Of a stretch of DNA of 64,000 nucleotides, positions 19,857 to 30,600 are shown one piece after another. Each line of letters starts with the position of its first letter. Within the stretch, counting starts at the first letter, position 1. The stretch comes from Limnothrix sp. BL-A-16 (lineage in GTDB: Bacteria; Cyanobacteriota; Cyanobacteriia; CACIAM-69d), in assembly GCA_041937175.2 (NCBI GenBank), contig CP166615.1:1312001-1376000 (forward strand), written 5' to 3'. The notes below the pieces were generated by a model. The model worked only from the letters and a program-made list of their open reading frames with translations. It was not told where the DNA came from and did no database searches. Both the position numbers and the translations under genes were made by a program.

Positions 19857-21554
19857 CTAGGTTCCGGCTTGGGCGATCGGGCAGGGGGTGCATTCCTGTT
19901 GGCGACGCTGCAAGGCGGATTCATAGAAAGTTTCCAGGGCCCGGACACCGTGAATTTGGTTAAATATGCGGGCCGATCGCTGGGCGATTTCTAAGCGAAG
20001 ATTCTGTCGCCAAGCCCGATCGCACCCTAACCCGATCGCCAAATCACAATAGTCTTCGGGGGTTTGGGCAATGGTTTCCGTCAGCCCCAGTTCCGTGAGG
20101 ATGGCGGCGGCATGACGACCGCGCATCAAGGCTCCGGGCAGGGTGACGACAGGGAGGCCAGCGGCGATCGCCTCCAGGGTGCTGTTGCAACCGGACCAGT
20201 CGATCGAGTCGAGGAAGATATCGGCCAGTTGGTTCAGTTGCCAAAACTGTGTTTGGGATTGGGGCGGCAGGATCGTGCAGTGGTCAGCAAAAGCCAGGCC
20301 GGCGGCCGCAAAGGCGGCCCCTAGGCGCTGGGCAAAGGGCGGGGCCGCTTCTGGAAAAGGGCTGGCAAGGAAAACGAGGCGCGATCGGGGAACCGCTTGG
20401 GCAATTTCCACCCACAGCCGATCGGCTTGGGGCAAATACTTATACAACGATTGGCAACAGAGATAAACCACTTCGTCGTCCGCCAGACCCAGTTGGGCCC
20501 GATCGAGCTGAGGCTGGGGGGCAATCGGGGGGCGATCGTAGGCGATGCCCAATCCCGGTAAACAGATCAAGGTTTCGCTGTAGTGGGTTTCGGCCTGGGG
20601 TGGTTCCATCCGATCACTCGAGAGGTAATAGTCCACCGTGGGCAGACCGGTAGTGACCGGATGGCCCCAGGTGGCGCATTGGACAGGCGCAAACCGCCAA
20701 CCGCCAATCAGATACATCACCGAATCCATGCCCACATCCAGCATCACCGCCACATCAAGCTGATCCTGCCAAGCGGCCCGGCAAAAGGCGGCATAGCGCT
20801 GGGGATTGAAGTCGTTGCCCGTTTCCCAAAAGGCAAATCGATCGCTCAGGCGGCGGGCTTCGTCCGTGGTGGCATCCCAGCGATTGCCGGCATAGTAGCT
20901 ATAGATTTCCAGGCGATCGCGATCGGCATGGCGCAACCAACCCAGGTGGGTTTTCATCACGGAGTGGTGATAAAAATGGCTGCTGAAATAGCCAATCCGT
21001 AATCGATCACCCAAGGCGCGATCACGGGGCCAGCGGGGTTGCAAGGGGGCTAAATCAGGAAAAACCGTGGCTAAGGTTTGGCACACCCAAGCACCGTATT
21101 GTTCTTGCAGGGCCCGATCGTTCTGGCCCTGGTAGTTCAAATAAAAAGGAACCCGCAGGGCGATCGCCTGTAGCGCCAACTGCATCAGGGCCGGGTGCGA
21201 TCGTGTGAGGCTAATCAGCCGATCCAATCCTTGGGCATAGTTCGATCGCGCCTGCCCGAGGGCGGCCTCGGTTTCATAAACCGATGGCAGCTTTAACCAC
21301 CCATCAAAGGCCGCCAGGGCCCCCGCATACCAAGTTTCTCGTTGGGGTTCCAGGGCCAAGGCTTTGCACCAGGCCTCGATCGCCCCGGCCACCTGGCCCG
21401 ACTGCCGCAACAGTTCTCCCAGAGCCGCGTAGGGTTCGGCGGCCATCGGATTGGTCAAGATTTGCGATCGCCAATGGGCCCGATCGACCCCCACGGATCC
21501 CGGAGCAGCCGACGGATCAAAATTAGACGGTGGGGATGGGGTGGGCGAATCCAT
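19857..21554 (-). CDS. SPINDLY/O-GlcNAc transferase-like glycosyltransferase (GT41) with TPR
   Basis: RLRIGYFS.HF..HSV, APVQCATWGHPVTTGLPT.DYYLS, QSLYKY.P, DIFLDS..WSGCNSTLEA. Exact start uncertain. Confidence 0.88.
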   Translation of the reverse strand: MDSPTPSPPSNFDPSAAPGSVGVDRAHWRSQILTNPMAAEPYAALGELLRQSGQVAGAIEAWCKALALEPQRETWYAGALAAFDGWLKLPSVYETEAALGQARSNYAQGLDRLISLTRSHPALMQLALQAIALRVPFYLNYQGQNDRALQEQYGAWVCQTLATVFPDLAPLQPRWPRDRALGDRLRIGYFSSHFYHHSVMKTHLGWLRHADRDRLEIYSYYAGNRWDATTDEARRLSDRFAFWETGNDFNPQRYAAFCRAAWQDQLDVAVMLDVGMDSVMYLIGGWRFAPVQCATWGHPVTTGLPTVDYYLSSDRMEPPQAETHYSETLICLPGLGIAYDRPPIAPQPQLDRAQLGLADDEVVYLCCQSLYKYLPQADRLWVEIAQAVPRSRLVFLASPFPEAAPPFAQRLGAAFAAAGLAFADHCTILPPQSQTQFWQLNQLADIFLDSIDWSGCNSTLEAIAAGLPVVTLPGALMRGRHAAAILTELGLTETIAQTPEDYCDLAIGLGCDRAWRQNLRLEIAQRSARIFNQIHGVRALETFYESALQRRQQECTPCPIAQAGT

Positions 21555-21754
21555 AACCATCAACGGGAACCAAAGGGGCGATCCAACCATGCCCCGATCG
21601 GGCGGCGAGCGCAATAGGCGTTCTGGGTCACGGCCAAAGATCCCAGCCCAATCAGCCTCAACCCAGTATCGAAAAAATCACCCAAATCATGACCCAGAAA
21701 ACACATCACCCAGAAAAAACCCAGAAAAAACCCAAAAATTATCAAAACATCTTC

Positions 21755-21786
21755 AAAAAAACCGCCAGATGTCTAGCATCCGGCGG
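21755..21786 (-). terminator. Probable intrinsic terminator of ndhB
   Basis: Stem CCGCCAGATG/CATCCGGCGG with an A7 run on the left, which reads as a U-tract on the minus strand. Confidence 0.7.
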
Positions 21787-21872
21787 CTTGTTGCTTGAAG
21801 TGCCATTAATCGGGAAAAACCATTGCCCGGTTTGGGTTCCTCAATGTTGTCCAGAATGTTGTCTAGGCTGGC

Positions 21873-23456
21873 CTAGGGTTCAAGGGTCGGAGCCAAAGAC
21901 ACTGCCCGATCGACCACCGGAGCCTTGGCCGTTGCCGCTGGCAACTTCAAAGAAGCTTGCAACATCGGCGATTGGGCCACCGCATCATTGGCGATCGCGA
22001 ACAGCGGATTCGACAAGATCCCCGCCAGCGATGTGGCAATCACCGACAACACCAAGCCCACTTGCAAAGGACGCATCCCCGGAAGTTTCCAGCTAATGGC
22101 CGGGTAGTTCTTCACCGACTCGGACATTTCGTGCGGTTCCTTCACCACCATCATCTTCACCACACGAATGTAGTAGTAGATGGAAACCACGCTGGTGACC
22201 AAACCCAACAGCACCAGGGTATACAGGCCCGCTTGCCAGCCCACCCAGAACAGGTAGATCTTGCCGAAGAAGCCAGCCAGGGGCGGAATGCCACCCAGGG
22301 ACAGCAGCGACACACTCAGACCCAAGGTCAACAGGGGATCTTTTTGGTAAAGCCCCGAGTATTCGCTGATCTCGTCCGTACCGGTGCGCAGGGAGAACAG
22401 AATCACGCAGGCGAAACCGCCCAGGTTCATGAACAAATAAACCAACAGGTAAAACACCATGCTGGCGTAGCCGTCGGCGCTGTTGGCCAACAACCCGATC
22501 GTCACGAAGCCGGCCTGCCCGATCGAGGAATAAGCCAGCATCCGCTTCATGCTGGTTTGGGCCAGGGCTACTACGTTCCCCAGCACCATACTCAGAATGG
22601 CCAGGGCCGTGAACACAAAGTGCCATTGTTCCGACACCAGCGGGAAAGCCGTCACCAACAGGCGAATGGCCAGGGCAAACCCAGCCGCCTTGGAACCCAC
22701 GGACAAAAAGGCCACCACCGGAGTGGGGGAGCCTTCATACACGTCGGGAGTCCATTGGTGGAAGGGCACGGCGGAAATTTTGAAGGCAATCCCCGCGATC
22801 GCGAAGACCAGCGCCACCACAATCCCAATTTGGGGCGTGGTGGGGTTGCTGGCAATTCCGGCGGCGATTTCGTTCAAGCGGGTGTGGCCACCCGAGAGGC
22901 CGTAGAGCAACGAAGCGCCATAGAGGAAGATGGCCGAGCTGGAAGCCCCAATCAGCAAATACTTGAGAGCCGCTTCGTTGGAGCGCGGATCCCGCTTCAT
23001 GTATCCCGTCAGCAAGTAGGACGCGATACTGAGGGTTTCCAGCGCCACAAAAATCATCACCAACTCGTCAGCGCCCGACAGGAACATCCCGCCAACCGTT
23101 GCCGTGAGCAAAATGACGATGAATTCGCCCAGGGCCGTGCCGGTGGATTCCACATAGGCGATCGACATCAGAATCGTAATCGCCGACGACAGGGCGATGA
23201 TTCCCCGGAAAACACTGCCCAGGGTGTCGTTGCTGAAGCCGCCTAGGAAAGAAACCGGGTCTTCCGGGTTCCATTGCAGCCACAGGGCCACCACGGATCC
23301 CAACAGACCGGCCACGGCCAGATAAGGAGTCCAGCGCGATGCGGCCCGCCCGGACACGAGATCGATTAACAAGACTGCCAGGAGGGTCAAAATGACAATA
23401 CCTTCTGGCAGGATTGCCCAAGCGTTGAGCTGTGAGGCAACGGTTGAGAAGTCCAT
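21873..23456 (-). CDS. ndhB: NDH-1 subunit 2 (NuoN homologue)
   Basis: [59 protein letters not shown]. Confidence 0.98.
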   Translation of the reverse strand: MDFSTVASQLNAWAILPEGIVILTLLAVLLIDLVSGRAASRWTPYLAVAGLLGSVVALWLQWNPEDPVSFLGGFSNDTLGSVFRGIIALSSAITILMSIAYVESTGTALGEFIVILLTATVGGMFLSGADELVMIFVALETLSIASYLLTGYMKRDPRSNEAALKYLLIGASSSAIFLYGASLLYGLSGGHTRLNEIAAGIASNPTTPQIGIVVALVFAIAGIAFKISAVPFHQWTPDVYEGSPTPVVAFLSVGSKAAGFALAIRLLVTAFPLVSEQWHFVFTALAILSMVLGNVVALAQTSMKRMLAYSSIGQAGFVTIGLLANSADGYASMVFYLLVYLFMNLGGFACVILFSLRTGTDEISEYSGLYQKDPLLTLGLSVSLLSLGGIPPLAGFFGKIYLFWVGWQAGLYTLVLLGLVTSVVSIYYYIRVVKMMVVKEPHEMSESVKNYPAISWKLPGMRPLQVGLVLSVIATSLAGILSNPLFAIANDAVAQSPMLQASLKLPAATAKAPVVDRAVSLAPTLEP

Positions 23457-23830
23457 AGGGAATTAAATCCGTTGAGCGCTTGAAACAATTGCCATTTCTA
23501 GGTTGCAGGGAAATGCGGCCTGCGTTCGGTTAACCATTTTAGGGGTTGGCGCGTGGATCGCTACGCGATCGCGCTGGATAGGCGATAACAATCCCCAAAT
23601 GCCCCGATAACTAGCCAGTAATCGATCGCCCTTGGATCATCACCCGATCGCCGCCCGATCGCCCGGTTCGTCACTCTGAAAAACAGCCTTGGGTAGCCTC
23701 AAATTGCTTCAAGGGCTGCTGAAATTGCTTCAAATTTTCAAAGCCTCTCCGCAATATCTGTTGATTGGCCCCGCAAGATCTCCACAAAAATCCCAAAAAC
23801 TGCTCCCTACCTTCAGCATCTTCCCAGTCT

Positions 23831-24973
23831 TTAAGCAAATTGCAGCCGCAATAAAGAGAGGTCATCCTCAAAATAGCTGCGGCCACTGTTAAAGTCTTGC
23901 ACCCGATTCACGATTTGCTCCACCGCTCCCCGATCGGGAACCGCCCAGCATTCCCGCAGCACCTCCACGAAGGGATCCAGCCCCCAAACGGTACCATCGG
24001 GCATTCCCAGTTCATAAATGCCATCGCTGAAGATGTAGAGCGTGCTGCCGGGGGGGACTTCGCAAAAGGCTTCGCTATATTTAGCCTCCGCAAACATGCC
24101 AACGGGCAGCCCCACCGTTCTGAGGCGCTGGGCCGTTGGTAACGATTCTTTGCTGGGCGAGAGCAAAATTCCGGGCGGGTGGCCAGCGCTGGCATAGGCC
24201 AGGCTCCGGGTGCGGCGGCTGTAGACTCCATACCAAGCGGTGAAGTATTTGTCGTTGCGATCGTTCATCTGGAATGCGCCATTCAGGGCCCGCAACACCT
24301 CGCTGGGGCTGCCATAGTCCTGGATGGGGAGCGATCGGGAGCGTAGCAAATTCAACACCGACAACGAGGGCAGCGCCGCCTTCAGGCCATGGCCCGCCGC
24401 ATCCACCAGATAAACCACGAGTCGATCGTCATCGAGCCAATAAAAATCGAAACAGTCACCCCCCAAGCGGCTGGACGGTTCAAATTTGGCCGAAATATCC
24501 ACCGCGCCATCCATGGGTGCGGGCAGCAGGGTTTTGACATAATCGGCCGCTTCGGCCATTTCCTCTTCCAACAGCCGCTTTTGTTCCTTCAAGTCCTGGT
24601 TCAGTTGATGCAGCCGCAGGCCCGCCCGCACCCGGGCCTTGAGTTCGTTCATCTCGATCGGCTTGGACAGGAAGTCATCGGCTCCGGCATCCAACCCCCT
24701 GACCCGATCGTCCACGGAGCCAAGGGAGGTCAACAAAATGAAGAACGTGGAGGATAAACTGGCCTCCAGCTTGACCCGCCGACAAACCTCAATGCCGTCC
24801 ATCTTCGGCATCATCCAATCGCAAATGATCAGAGCGGGCTGCTGACTACAGGCCAACTCCAAACCAGCAACACCATCTTCTGCAACCAACACCTCATAGC
24901 CCTGTTTGGTCAGGGTGCGCTCTAGCAGACGGCGGATGGTGGGATCGTCATCGATAATCAGCAGACGGAACAT
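23831..24973 (-). CDS. Receiver + SpoIIE/PP2C phosphatase (RsbU/RsbP-like)
   Basis: REC domain (IIDDD, CDWMMP, KP), coiled coil, then LGGDCFD, DAAGHG, SAGHPP, FSDG, DD. Confidence 0.93.
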   Translation of the reverse strand: MFRLLIIDDDPTIRRLLERTLTKQGYEVLVAEDGVAGLELACSQQPALIICDWMMPKMDGIEVCRRVKLEASLSSTFFILLTSLGSVDDRVRGLDAGADDFLSKPIEMNELKARVRAGLRLHQLNQDLKEQKRLLEEEMAEAADYVKTLLPAPMDGAVDISAKFEPSSRLGGDCFDFYWLDDDRLVVYLVDAAGHGLKAALPSLSVLNLLRSRSLPIQDYGSPSEVLRALNGAFQMNDRNDKYFTAWYGVYSRRTRSLAYASAGHPPGILLSPSKESLPTAQRLRTVGLPVGMFAEAKYSEAFCEVPPGSTLYIFSDGIYELGMPDGTVWGLDPFVEVLRECWAVPDRGAVEQIVNRVQDFNSGRSYFEDDLSLLRLQFA

Positions 24974-25032
24974 AGGTCAAGGCAGTGGTGGCAAGATGGA
25001 ACAAGAGGAGCAGCCCAAGTATTGGTCAATTC

Positions 25033-25086
25033 AGGCGTAATGTCTTAGGCGTAATGTCTTAGGCGTGATGTCTTAGGCGTGATGTC
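25033..25086. repeat. 14-bp tandem repeat AGGCGTRATGTCTT, about 4 copies
   Basis: Directly visible; a 9-bp AAATGGGGC x3 repeat follows at about 25181-25210. Confidence 0.9.
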
Positions 25087-25669
25087 GGCGTAAGATGCAG
25101 CCGCTGAACTGAAATGAACCGAGTGAATGAAAAAAGCCAAGTGAAATACACCGGATGAAATACGCCAAATCGCGTAAATCAAATGGGGCAAATGGGGCAA
25201 ATGGGGTCAATCGAATGACATCAGGCGAACCAAATTGAGCCGATGCCAACGAGATCGCGCCGAGTCCGATGGGCCCTTGACGTAGATGAGCACCGAGAAT
25301 GGGCACCAGGGATGAGCGTCGCTGGGGATTGCCGCCATTCCAGTCGAATAGTCCGGAAGAGTTGAGCCATTCTCCGAAGCAAGTTAGCCTGGGGAGTAAT
25401 GCGTGATCCTTCACGAATTGTCCCTGGGATTGGCGGCTGAGGGTTGAGTTGGCTGGGCCTGGGCCACAACGTGCAACGGGTTGCGATCGCGCCCCGAAAC
25501 GGACGAGTCTCGGTCACGGGAATTCCGCCCTGGCTGGAGTAGGAATCGTGAGCTATCAGTGGAGTACCTAGAATGGTACGGACTACGGCTGATTTTGGCA
25601 CAATGCCTGGGATGGCGTGGCTAAAATTCAGGGTTGAGACTGAAGGCTTGAGAATTCCGAACGCTTTGC

Positions 25670-26170
25670 TTGAACGCGCCGCAGAGGTTGGATGCTTTGA
25701 ATCCCAGCGTAAACCAAACGATTCGACTTCGCATTGCTAGCGATTTGGCGGTGCTCGATCGCGTTTTGAACTGGTTTGACACGCTCGATCGACCCCATGT
25801 GCCTCGTACTGTCTGGCTCCAATGCCTCTCGGTGCTGGCGGAGGTTTTCACGAATGCGGTGCGCCATGCCCATCGCCAACACCCTTGCGACACCCCGATC
25901 GACCTGGAGGCAGAACTCACGGCCACGGCCTTGACCTTGCGCCTTTGGGACTATGGGGAGCCGTTTGACTTGCGGCAGGCGGTGTTGGAACGGGGCCAGA
26001 CTCCTGAACCCCCAGAAACTTTTGATGTTGAACAACTCAGTGGTGGCGGGCGGGGCTTGACCATCCTGAACCGGGTGGCCGATCGCCTGAGCTATGATCC
26101 CCAGCCAGATGGTCGCAACCTGTTGGAGTTTGTGAAATATTTTGAACCGGTGTTCCCGATCGGGGATTGA
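25670..26170 (+). CDS. RsbW-like anti-sigma factor / Ser-Thr kinase (HATPase_c_2)
   Basis: E.FTNAVRHAH, WDYGEPFD, GGRGL, GRN motifs; TTG start. Confidence 0.88.
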   Translation: MNAPQRLDALNPSVNQTIRLRIASDLAVLDRVLNWFDTLDRPHVPRTVWLQCLSVLAEVFTNAVRHAHRQHPCDTPIDLEAELTATALTLRLWDYGEPFDLRQAVLERGQTPEPPETFDVEQLSGGGRGLTILNRVADRLSYDPQPDGRNLLEFVKYFEPVFPIGD

Positions 26171-26171
26171 G

Positions 26172-26765
26172 TCAAGCCTCGCGGCCAAACTCGATCGCCT
26201 CATATAGATCCGCAAGGGACAATTCCACCGACACCGCATCCAACAACACCCGATCGCTCAATTGCCCATATTCACTGAACAGCCACTGCTGATCCCCCGT
26301 TCGGGCGTAGAGTTCCACATGGGGCTGATATTGATCAATTAACAGATAGTTTTGCAGACTCGCGATCGTGCGGTAGGCGGCGAATTTTTCAGTGCGATCA
26401 TAAACCGCTGTTGATTTGGAAAGTACCTCAGCAATCAGGATCGGATTCATTACCGTATCGGTGCGATCAGGCTTCCGCTCAATGGGCCGTCGCGCCACCA
26501 TCACATCAGGATAGGTATATAAATTCGGCTCCGAGATCCACAGTCGTTGATCCGCCAAAGCGAGATCATAAGCTTGTCCTCGCAAGGCAAATTTCAGAAT
26601 GGTAATTAAATTAATCGCAATAAAATTATGCTCCGGTGTACCCCCTGTCATTGGAATAACTACCCCATTGCGATATTCATTTCGAGTTTCAGCCAAAATC
26701 TCTTGGGCTAAATAATCATCAGCGGTAATGATTGCAGGTTCCGGTAATAGGGCGATCGGCATCAT
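26172..26765 (-). CDS. Uma2 family PD-(D/E)XK endonuclease (copy A)
   Basis: MTGGTPEHN, YTYPDVMV, NP.LIAEVLSKST, YDR..KF..YR.I motifs. Confidence 0.92.
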   Translation of the reverse strand: MMPIALLPEPAIITADDYLAQEILAETRNEYRNGVVIPMTGGTPEHNFIAINLITILKFALRGQAYDLALADQRLWISEPNLYTYPDVMVARRPIERKPDRTDTVMNPILIAEVLSKSTAVYDRTEKFAAYRTIASLQNYLLIDQYQPHVELYARTGDQQWLFSEYGQLSDRVLLDAVSVELSLADLYEAIEFGREA

Positions 26766-26768
26766 TCA

Positions 26769-27347
26769 CTAAAACTCCAGCGCTTCATAGAGATCAGAGA
26801 GATTTACTGTTACCGCCAGTTGATCGAACAACACCCGATCGCTCAGTTGCCCATATTCACTGAACAGCCACTGCTGATCCCCCGTTCGGGCGTAGAGTTC
26901 CACATGGGGTTGATATTGATCAATTAACAGATAGTTTTGCAGACTCGCAATCGTGCGGTAGGCGGCGAATTTTTCAGTGCGATCATAAGCCGCTGTTGAT
27001 TTGGAAAGTACCTCAGCAATCAGGATCGGATTCATTACCGTATCGGTGCGATCGGGCTTCCGCTCAATGGGTCGCCGCGCCACCATCACGTCAGGATAGG
27101 TATATAAATTCGGCTCCGGGATCCACAGCCGCTGATCGGCCACAAAAATACTGTATCCCTTTCCCTTCAAAGCGGTTCTGAGCAGAGCATTCAAGACGCT
27201 CGCAATTTCGTTATGCTCCGGTGTCCCCCCCGTCATTGGAACAACCACTCCATTGCGATATTCATTTCGAGTTTCAGCCAAAATTTCTTGGGCTAAATAA
27301 TCATCAGCAGTAATGATTGCAGGTTCCGGTAATAGGGCGATCGACAT
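26769..27347 (-). CDS. Uma2 family endonuclease (copy B; tandem paralogue)
   Basis: Same motifs; nearly identical to copy A outside two divergent blocks. Confidence 0.92.
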   Translation of the reverse strand: MSIALLPEPAIITADDYLAQEILAETRNEYRNGVVVPMTGGTPEHNEIASVLNALLRTALKGKGYSIFVADQRLWIPEPNLYTYPDVMVARRPIERKPDRTDTVMNPILIAEVLSKSTAAYDRTEKFAAYRTIASLQNYLLIDQYQPHVELYARTGDQQWLFSEYGQLSDRVLFDQLAVTVNLSDLYEALEF

Positions 27348-27416
27348 GGCAAGACTCCCGAATGATCGCTAGGGACTTTGACCCAAGCCTTCTAACAGGT
27401 GGCTTGATCCCAATCC

Positions 27417-27443
27417 AAAAAGAGGGAGAGTTAATCTCCCCCT
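27417..27443 (-). terminator. Possible terminator downstream of smc
   Basis: GGGAGA-GTTAA-TCTCCC hairpin with an A-run on the left. Confidence 0.5.
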
Positions 27444-27631
27444 AGTTCATTTTATGGTGTGAATTTGGGCAAGCGATCGCCCTGAATGCTTACGAGTCGA
27501 TCGCCCGTACTTTCGCCGGTTGCAATCGGCGCGATCGCATTCCGATCAGTTAAGTGACTTATTACCTATCGCGATCTGGTTCCACAATTTATGCAGCTTT
27601 TAGGCGATCGCTCGTCAGAATTAGAGTTTTG

Positions 27632-30600
27632 TTACAACACCACGCCCAGGACTTGGGTTTGTGCGCCTCGGGCTTGGGTCACGCCAATCACCCGATCGGA
27701 CGCTTCGATCGTGGGACGGCGCAAACTAACCACAATGAACTGTGCTTCGGCGGCCTGTTGTTTCACCATTTTGGCCAGGCGCTCCACGTTCGATCCATCA
27801 AGGAACATATCCACCTCATCGAAAGCGTAGAACGGTGACGGGCGGTAGCGCTGAAGGGCAAAAATGAAGCTGAGAGCCGTCAAGGACTTTTCGCCACCAG
27901 ACATGGAAGCCAGCCGCTGCACCGGTTTACCCTTGGGGTGGGCCACCAGGTTGAGACCGCTTTCTAAGGGGCTTTCGGGATCATCCAATTGCAAGCGGCC
28001 GTCGCCCTGGGATAGCTCGGCGAAAATGATTTGAAAGTTACGATCGACTGCATCAAAGGCCTCATAAAACGCCTGTTGGCGCAAGGTGGTGAAATTTTCC
28101 ACCCGCAATAACAATTCCGTGCGTTCTTGCTCGATCGTCGCTAGCTTTTCGCTCAGTTGATTCAGGCGGCCTTGCACCTGATCGTATTCTTCCAGGGCCA
28201 GCATATTCACCGGCTCCAGACTTTCTAACCGCCGCTGCAACATGCGAATGGTTTGATCCAGTTGTTCGCGGTGGGCAGCCAATTCGGCCGGATCGCTGGG
28301 CAAAGGTTCCGAATCGGGCGGTAGATCGGGCCGATCGCCCTCGGCCCGGTTTTCCAACTCCTGCAATTCCGCTTGCTGTTGTTGTTGGGTTTCTGCGAGT
28401 CGATCGCGCTGAAATTCCAGGGTTTGGAGCGCTTGGCGTTGACGATTCAGCGTCGTTTCTTGGCGATCGCGCGCTTGTTTGGTTTCGCCTAGGGTGGTTT
28501 CTAGGGCAGCAATTTGGGTTTGCAGATCAGCAATTTGCCGATCGAGGTCGGCTTGCTGCGCTTGCAGTTGTTGGAGCCGATCGGTCGCGGTGGTGATCTG
28601 ATCTTGGGCTTGGGCGATCTGTTGCGCCAGTTGTTGGCGCTGTTGGTTGAGGCGATCGGCTTCGCGGGTTTGGTCGGCCTGCTGGGCTTGGGCCGATCGC
28701 AAGTTATCCGCCAATTGTGAGAGCACCGATTCCCGATCGCGGATTTCCGTTTGGGCCTCGCTCCATTGGCTGTGGGCGGGCGAGTCCTCCAGTTGGGCGA
28801 TCGCCTGCCTTAGGTTGGCCAACTGGCGTTCGGCGGCCGGCAAGGCCCGATCGAGGGTGGCCAAGCGCTCCCGGCTGGTGGTCAGCTCCTGGGTCAGCCG
28901 ATCGCGTTGTTGGGCCAGGCGATCGCGCTGGCCCGTGGTGGCCGTCAGGGCCGCTTGCAGTTGCTCCAGTTGTCGTTGGGCATCGCGGCGAGTCTGGCGC
29001 AAATCGTTGAGGGTTTGGGTGTGGCGCTGGCTGTCTACTTGAGCCTGGGCGATCGCCCCATCACAACGGCCCAACACCCGATCAATATCCCGCAGTCGAT
29101 CGCGCAGTTCCGCCGCCGCCTTGGCTTCTTCGGTTTGCTCGCCACCCCCAAACCGGAGGCTCCCCCGGGACTTTTGCAAGCTACCGCCGGTCATGGCCCC
29201 GCTGGTTTCCAGCAGTTCCCCATCCAGCGTCACGATCCGATGGCGACCCAGGAGCGATCGCGCCTGATCCAACCGCTCAAACACCACCGTCCCGCCAAAC
29301 ACATACTCAAAAATGTTGCGGTAGCGATCGTCAAAATCCACCAGATTGACCGCGTAATCAATCCAGCCCGCCACCGTTGCCCGACCCCGGGCCATGGCCG
29401 CCGACTCACCGCCGCCCCCGCCGCGAATTTTGTTCAGGGGCAAAAAGGTGACACGACCGGCCCGCTCCCGTTTCAGGATTTCGATCGCCGCCGCCGCCAC
29501 CGCATCATCTTCCACCACCAAATGGCCCAGCCGCGCCCCGGCCGCAATTTCCAACGCCACCTGATAGGGCGGTTCCACCTGGCCCAAATTGGCCACCAAT
29601 CCACAAATTCCCGGCAAGTCACTTTGCAGCAGCAATTGCACCCCAAACGTGCCTTGGGCTTCCCGTTGGGCCTGGGTTTGGGCTTCCAGTTTGTCCAGTT
29701 GCCGTTGCACTTGCCGCTGCTCATCTTGCAAGCGGCTGCGGGTTTTCTGTTGGAGCTGCAATTCCTGCTCGGCGGCAGCCAACTGCTCGGCGGCCGTTTG
29801 GATTTGGGGTTCCAGGCTGCGGGTTTGCCGATCGACCGTTTGAAAGTCCCGATCGTGCTCATTCAGGCGATCGCCCGCCCGCTCCCATTCCGTGGCGATT
29901 TCCGCCAACTGGGTTTCGATTTGCTTCAGCCGCTCTTGCAACGTTGCCCGCTCCGTGCGCTGGGGATCGATCGACTCTTGGATCGTCTCCAACTGGTGGC
30001 GCAAGTCCGTTTGCTGTTGCACCCAAGCCTGGGACGCTTCCGCCAACTCCGCCGCCTCCGCCCGGGCCCGGTTCAGGTTGGCCGCTGCTCGATCGTGGGC
30101 CTGTTGCAATTCCTCCAGGCGCTCTTGCAATTCCGGCCCCGTGGCAGCCAAGGCGGCTTCGGTGCGATCGACCTCGGCTACCTCCGCCGTTAACCGGGCG
30201 ATCGTCTTTTGGTGGGTTTGTTGCTGTTGGGTCAGTTCCGTTTGTTGGCGCTGCACCTGATCCCGTTGGGCGCGGTGGGTGGCCAGCTCCGTTTGCAGGG
30301 CGATTTGTTCCGATTCCCCCAGGGATTTCACCGTTTGGTTCAGCCGCTCCAGTTCCGCCGCCTGGGTTTCTACTGCCGCCCGTTCCGCTACCAGCCGATC
30401 GGCCAACTGAGCCAAATCCTGTTCTCGCTGGGCGATCGATTGGCGCAACTGTTCCACTTTTGATTGTTCCAGCAACCAATCGACCACCGCCAAGCGTCCT
30501 TGCTGGCCCTGCATTTCCTGGCGAATTTGCTGATATTTCAACGCCTTGGTGCGGTCTTTGGCCAGGCGATCGCACTGAATTTGCAACTCTTGCTCCAGGA

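Noticed and set aside
21957..23246. 429-aa plus-strand ORF
   Set aside because: Antisense shadow of ndhB with no recognisable motifs.
26556..27209. Diversity-generating retroelement VR/TR pair in the Uma2 genes
   Set aside because: The differences are not confined to adenines, both copies are coding, and there is no reverse transcriptase in the window.
28907..30193. 428-aa plus-strand ORF (and similar antisense ORFs over rel, murA, the M48 gene, ycf66 and the MBL gene)
   Set aside because: Shadows of well-supported genes in GC-rich DNA.
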